A DNA stretch of 64,000 nucleotides from Anaeramoeba ignava BMAN (taxonomy: Eukaryota > Protista > Anaeramoebae): the NCBI GenBank assembly GCA_028826165.1, contig JAPDFW010000128.1, positions 1-64,000 on the forward strand. The letters run 5' to 3'. Positions 58,801-64,000 of the stretch are shown here, one piece after another. Below the pieces are notes generated by a model. The model did not search any database. It saw only the letters and a program-made list of their open reading frames with translations, and was not told the DNA's origin. The translations under genes were made by a program, and so were the position numbers. Each line of letters begins with the position of its first letter. Positions within the stretch are counted from its first letter, which is position 1.

Positions 58801-61800
58801 TCCCCATTATATACACACACACAATAATTAAAGACCAAAATGCAAAAAAAAATGCGATTGTGATAATAAGTAATTATAATGTTCAATCAAATTTCGAACA
58901 GAAAATCCAAGATTTCTTCCAAAATAATCAAAATATCAAAATTTACGAAAACTTAAACAATGAGGAATATATTGAAGAAAAAATGCAACAAGAAATCTTC
59001 AAAGCAATCCAATCATCCAATCCAAATCATATAAATAGTGATCATATAATGAAAGAAAGCAATTTTCCCTTAACAACAGATAGTTTATTGAAAATTCTCT
59101 TTATCCATTTCAGATTATCCCAAAGTACTCCACTTTTATTCATAGATGGTAACGACTATGAACAGATACTGCTAGTTCATTATTTATTGAAAGAAGTTTT
59201 ACACCAAAAATTACTTTTCAAATCAATTAATCCAAGAACAAAAAAGGCAGAAATTATTCAATTAATCCAACAAAATTCAAATCTAAATCCCAAATCTGTT
59301 GTTAATATCTTTTTCCACCAAATGAATACAGCATCCAAGAAATGCATCATTTTATTCAAACAAATTTTATTTGACTATAAAATTGGTCAGCAAAAGATAC
59401 CTAAAAATATTCGCTTTTTAGTTTCCTTAAGATCCGTTTCCTCATATCAAAATCAACACAAACAAATAAATGAATATCATAAAAAAAACAACCAAGAGAT
59501 GAAGCAAGTTATAATTGAACATCCAAATTTTATTCCAAACTCATTTTATGAAAATATTTATAATTTCGGATATTTAAAAGAGAAATCAGAACTAAATTAT
59601 ATCTCTTTATTTTTCTCTCAAATATGCAAAAAATTGCCAAATCAAATTACAAAAGAAACCCAAAATTACATTTCCAAATTGATCTTTTTTTCACGTCATC
59701 AAATCAAAAAAATCCCAATTCATCAATCCTTTTAAATTCTTTCAAAGATGTTTCGTTTTGTCTGAGAATATTCCAATGGTTATCAAATTTTAGAATTCAT
59801 CAAAAAATATTCCAAGAAAACCAAAATTCAAATCATTTAGGTTTTGAATTATTACTTTCATTATATGTTGTTTATGGTTCATTGCTTGAGAAAAAGCAAA
59901 GAAATGAATTTTTATTATCAATACAAAATAATTCCGAAAAACAAAACAAAGATCCTTTAATTGATTATTTACAAAAAACAAATGGTTTTGAAATTATTAA
60001 TAATTTCAACCAAAAATTGATTGAAATTATAGAAAAGAACGATAATAACAAATTTTTGTGTAGAAATTCCTTCTTAGAAGAAAATGTTTTATTCATATTC
60101 ATTTCCTGTTTTACAAGAATACCATTATTTATAACTGGGAAACCAGGTAAAAATATTCATTTCTCTCTTTTTTTTTTTTATTTTAAGAAAAAAAAAAAGA
60201 TTGTTTTGAAATGATTAACCCTTTCTTTTTTTTTTAAAAAAAAAACAAATTTGGAAATAATAGGAACATCAAAATCATCATCTTTAAATGCAATTTTAAA
60301 CTCATTTCAATTTGTAGAAAATGAAAATCTTTTTCAATTACCAATCTTAAAGGAATTGCAAATTCATTATCCCAATTTAATTACTCCAAATCAACTTCAA
60401 AATCAAATTCGCAATTTGCCTCAATATATTTATCAACAAAATATTATTCCAGTAATCATTTTGAAAGATATTTCAAAACTAAATCAAGAATCTTTGATGG
60501 TTGTTCGTTCAGAAATTGAATCAATTATGAATGAATCCCAATTTTTGGAAATGCAAGAACAAAAACTTATTTTTCCTTCCTTCATTTTATTTTCAAACGA
60601 AGCCGTAAATTTCAATATTCCAGGCATTAATTTAATTCAGGAAAGTTTAACAAAGGAAGAATTGGGGTTGATGATTGACCAAAAATTTAAACCATATTCA
60701 CAAGATTTCATTAATTTAATTTGGGAAATTTTGACTAATCAAAATGGAATTATCAAAGAAGTGTTCGGAGGATTGCCAAAACAGATTTATGGGTTTCAAG
60801 ATTTCTATTCTTTTCTCAATCAAATAACTAAAGATTTTGCTAAAAAAAATCAAAATCAAAATCAAAACCTTTTCCAGATATTTTGTAATTCTCTTTATAG
60901 GAATTTTGGGATAAACGAAAAAATATTCGAGAATAACGAATTCAAGCAGAAGTTTAAAAATGATGGAGAACTTTTGGAATTTGATTTGGAATCTTTAATA
61001 TCACAAAATCTAGACCAACAAAATTATTTTGGATTCATGGGAATTTCACGACCTTTAATGCTATTTATCCAAGACATTTCTTTTTTTTCATTCGTTTACC
61101 AAAACTTTTTCAAGGATTCGGTTGTTATATTTGGTTCAAATTCATTATCTTTATCACAAATGGAAATGGGAGATCAAGAGAAAGTTTATTCAAAATTAAG
61201 AACTGTTGAATATTGTGTTTGTGAAGGAAAAGTATTGGTTATTGTGGATTGCCAAGATATTTATCCTTATATATTTGATTTATTTACTCACAGTTATGCT
61301 AAATCAAATCAAATGCTATTAACAGAGATATTTTTGGGGGGAAAACCAAGAGCAGTCCGCATAAACCCAAAATTCAGACTAGTTGTAGTTACATCAAAAG
61401 CTATCAATTATGAATTTAATGATCCTTTATTACTATCTTGTTTTGAAAAACAATTTCTTGATATTTATTCACTTTTCCACATCCTCAAAAATAAATATGA
61501 GAACAAAAGCGACAAAAGAGAAGAAATTAAAAAAAGGAAGAAAATTCTGGCTCCAATCGAAAAGAGCACAAAAAAGAAATTCACTCAAGATCAGTTAGTT
61601 TTTGGATTTAGTCAAAATTTATTACTTTCTTTTTATCCTAATCAAAACAAAGAAGCTAAACTATCTCAATTATTTCGATATGACAAAATGTTTGAAGTTA
61701 AGTTATGGCTATCGGAATATGAAGATAAAAAATTGGAAAAAACGGATGCGATGGTCCAAACTAAGAGGATTATTAGCAATTATTTCCAATCTCTATCAAA

Positions 61801-64000
61801 TGATTTTAATGAATTCCTCGACAACAAAATTGTTGAACAGAAAATAAAAAACTCAATTATTTTCACAAAAACAGATCCAGAAGAAACGGAACAAAATCTG
61901 AAAAAAATTTCTAAATACAAAACCCATTTTATAAATTTCAAATTGAAAGAGAAGTTGGAACAAGAAGAAGAGGAAAAAATAAAAGAGTTTGCTCAAAATG
62001 AAGGATTTATTTTGATCATTTACTTTGCAGAAAAACAAGTCAACAAATTCTATGAAGTTAAGTTTTATCTTGAGAAAATGATTGGCTCGTTTCTTGGGAG
62101 TAATAATTATAGTAATCAAATAAATCAATATCAGGTGATATTATTTGTTCAACTAGAACATGACTCACAACACAATCACTTTCCATTTCATTTTGAAAAT
62201 GATTGGGAATATTATTATTTAGAAGATCTATATCCAAAATTGCCTCTAGATGATTTGCCAATAACATTTTCATCAACATTTGAAAAATTGAGAGAAAAAA
62301 AAGAATTGGAAAAAATATACAGTTCTATTCTCGTTGTTTATCTTCCAAGAAGGGATCATTCTTCCAATATGAATTTGATTAAAAAGTTTGAAGAACAAGA
62401 ATTTATGGAAAAAATCAAGAAAATGATTGATTTAGGAACAGAAAAGAATCACCTCATTTGCAAATGGGTTATTGATGAAATTATTCAAGGATTAAAAGCA
62501 AAAACCTTGAATTATTCTTTATATGAAAAATTCATTTTGAGTATGTTTGATTTATTGGAAATATTTGTGCAAAATATTAACCAAGATGGAAACTTATTAA
62601 TGTTGGAATCACAAAATTCAAGAAATTCAAGGATTACCAAACTGTGGATGACAATCTGGAAAAAAATGGAGATTCCTTTTTTTAAAATGGAGAATGTACA
62701 TATCAAATCTTATCATAGCCAATTACCAAAATTGCAAATACCTTTTTCATCATCAATATTTTCAGCAATTCAAAAATACGAAAATATCCTTTCATCTCAT
62801 CCAGTATTTCCTTTTATAAAACAGCATCTATCTGAATTTAAAAATGAAGGAATATATAAACATAGACATAACCAAATGGACTTTATAAACGAATATTTCC
62901 AAGATTTTATCAAATTCGCACTAAATCCAGAACAAGAAAAGATTTTTAAATCCTTACATATAAATTTATTGGAATGGATTTCAAATCTAAATACAAAAGA
63001 AACCAATTTTGAAAATTCATCGCTAATTGATCTTCACAAAATTTATTTTGAAAAAATTCATCCCCATTTAATTTATTTGATTTCACTTGCTTCAACTATC
63101 AACTACAGTCCAACAGATGGTAAATTTTCGTTTTTATCATTTATGGAGCAATTAACCAATAAATCAAATGAAGATCCAGAATTGAAGAAAGAGATATTTA
63201 ATCTTGATTCAACTAGAATGGAAGAAATGATTAATTTTTTTGTGGAAGCCCAAAAAAATGAAAAGAAATTTCGTCAGATGAAGAAAAATTGGGATATTCA
63301 ATTCTTTAATGCTAATTTCCCGATCAAATTGGAAAAACTCGATCATAACCAAAGCATTGAGGAGCATTGCAAAGCAATTGAAAGATATTATTCTATTGAT
63401 AAAATTTCAATAAATTTATTAAAGAAATTATTTAGTGAACAAGGAAATTATTTAGAAATCCAAATTTGCAAACGATCATATAAAACAAACGATAAAATGT
63501 ACTTAACAATGAAATCAGATGGAGAAACAAATAAAGAAAAATGTCCCATTTGTTCAAAGACACTTAGAGGAAATGATTCTCATTTCGAATCTATTGAAAA
63601 AAAAGATCTTGAAAAACACAGAAACTATGTCCGTGGAATTGCTGACAAATTTGTTAGATGTTTATCATTTTATGGAGATTTGCTTTACCGAAAATTGATT
63701 TTCTTGAAGAAACGAACAAACAATTACAATCTGAATTCCATTAAAGAATTTTTGAATTATTTAAACCAGAAAGTTAAGTTGTTTTATCAAATGGATTCAA
63801 TTCAGACTCTTTATCTAGTATATTTTCCTTTATTCAAAAATTTACTCTGGTTATATAATGATAATGATAATGATAATGATAATGATATTTATGAATTTAT
63901 TGAAGAAGAATTAAGTAATAAAAACACAAATTCATTACATAAAAAACCAGAAAATATTATTATTCTTGTTTGCACAAAAATTATTTACGAAAACCATGAT
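52849..64000 (+). CDS. RNF213 (mysterin)-like giant AAA+ protein, running off the right edge; two apparent frameshifts (~56958, ~59709) and an intron at 60147-60263
   Basis: ATG at 52849. KVFTSKLSGMGKT; LTTDSLLKILFIHFRL; RIPLFITGKPG|TSKS rebuilt across the intron; IYGFQDFYS, YRNFG, SRPLML, IFGS, IYPYIFDLFTHSY, VRINPKFRLVV and PLLSCFEK follow RNF213 motif order. The last exon appears open from 60264 to the window end. Confidence 0.82.
53580..54190 (+). repeat. Coding low-complexity repeats (ENLNQFQI units, (EN)n, (IE)n, (KQ)n) in the RNF213-like gene
   Basis: Visible in both DNA and translation. Confidence 0.85.
55345..56160 (+). repeat. Internal duplication (IHAxSTxxKTPIKxLKNxxNSxKxIIQKIFKKEPNQQNKPNQQNK twice), each copy followed by C/A-rich short repeats
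   Basis: Copies start near 55345 and 55693, followed by (KSNQLT)n and (PKN)n type repeats. Confidence 0.85.

Noticed and set aside
59695-59747. Small intron explaining the RNF213-like frame break
   Set aside because: The donor GTCATC does not resemble the other donors, and splicing would delete the SFKD (SLRD-equivalent) motif.
52849-64000. Intein or homing endonuclease insertion in the large ORFs
   Set aside because: I could not recognise intein splice-junction motifs or LAGLIDADG/HNH signatures. An HMM search would be needed to exclude them.

Overview
Very AT-rich, intron-containing (GT-AG) eukaryotic nuclear DNA in the standard code. The hydrogenase-family protein with an organellar presequence and the RCC1-BTB and BTB-TLDc expansions suggest an anaerobic protist, probably Anaeramoeba-like (inference, not verified). 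Gene order: COPI alpha subunit (5' part), multi-exon RasGEF, TTBK/CK1-family kinase, six tandem intronless RCC1-propeller + BTB genes with a divergent actin inside the array, degenerate [FeFe]-hydrogenase, BAR-like/RGS/ankyrin gene, a rearranged block (BTB-TLDc pseudogene, RCC1-BTB fragment, 145-bp array, intact BTB-TLDc, 144-bp array, RCC1-BTB pseudogene), a surface protein with 13 cadherin-like domains, calreticulin paralog, CRM1-like exportin, and an RNF213-like giant running off the end. Best candidates for new biology: (1) the RCC1-BTB array, with aromatic-rich hypervariable loops shuffled between copies on a near-constant scaffold, a possible diversified receptor repertoire feeding Cullin-3; (2) a cadherin-like rod whose cysteine pattern predicts inter-domain disulfide staples; (3) several paralogs that have lost key functional residues (hydrogenase, RNF213, calreticulin, CRM1). 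Exon boundaries and motif comparisons were done by hand, with reference motifs recalled from memory.
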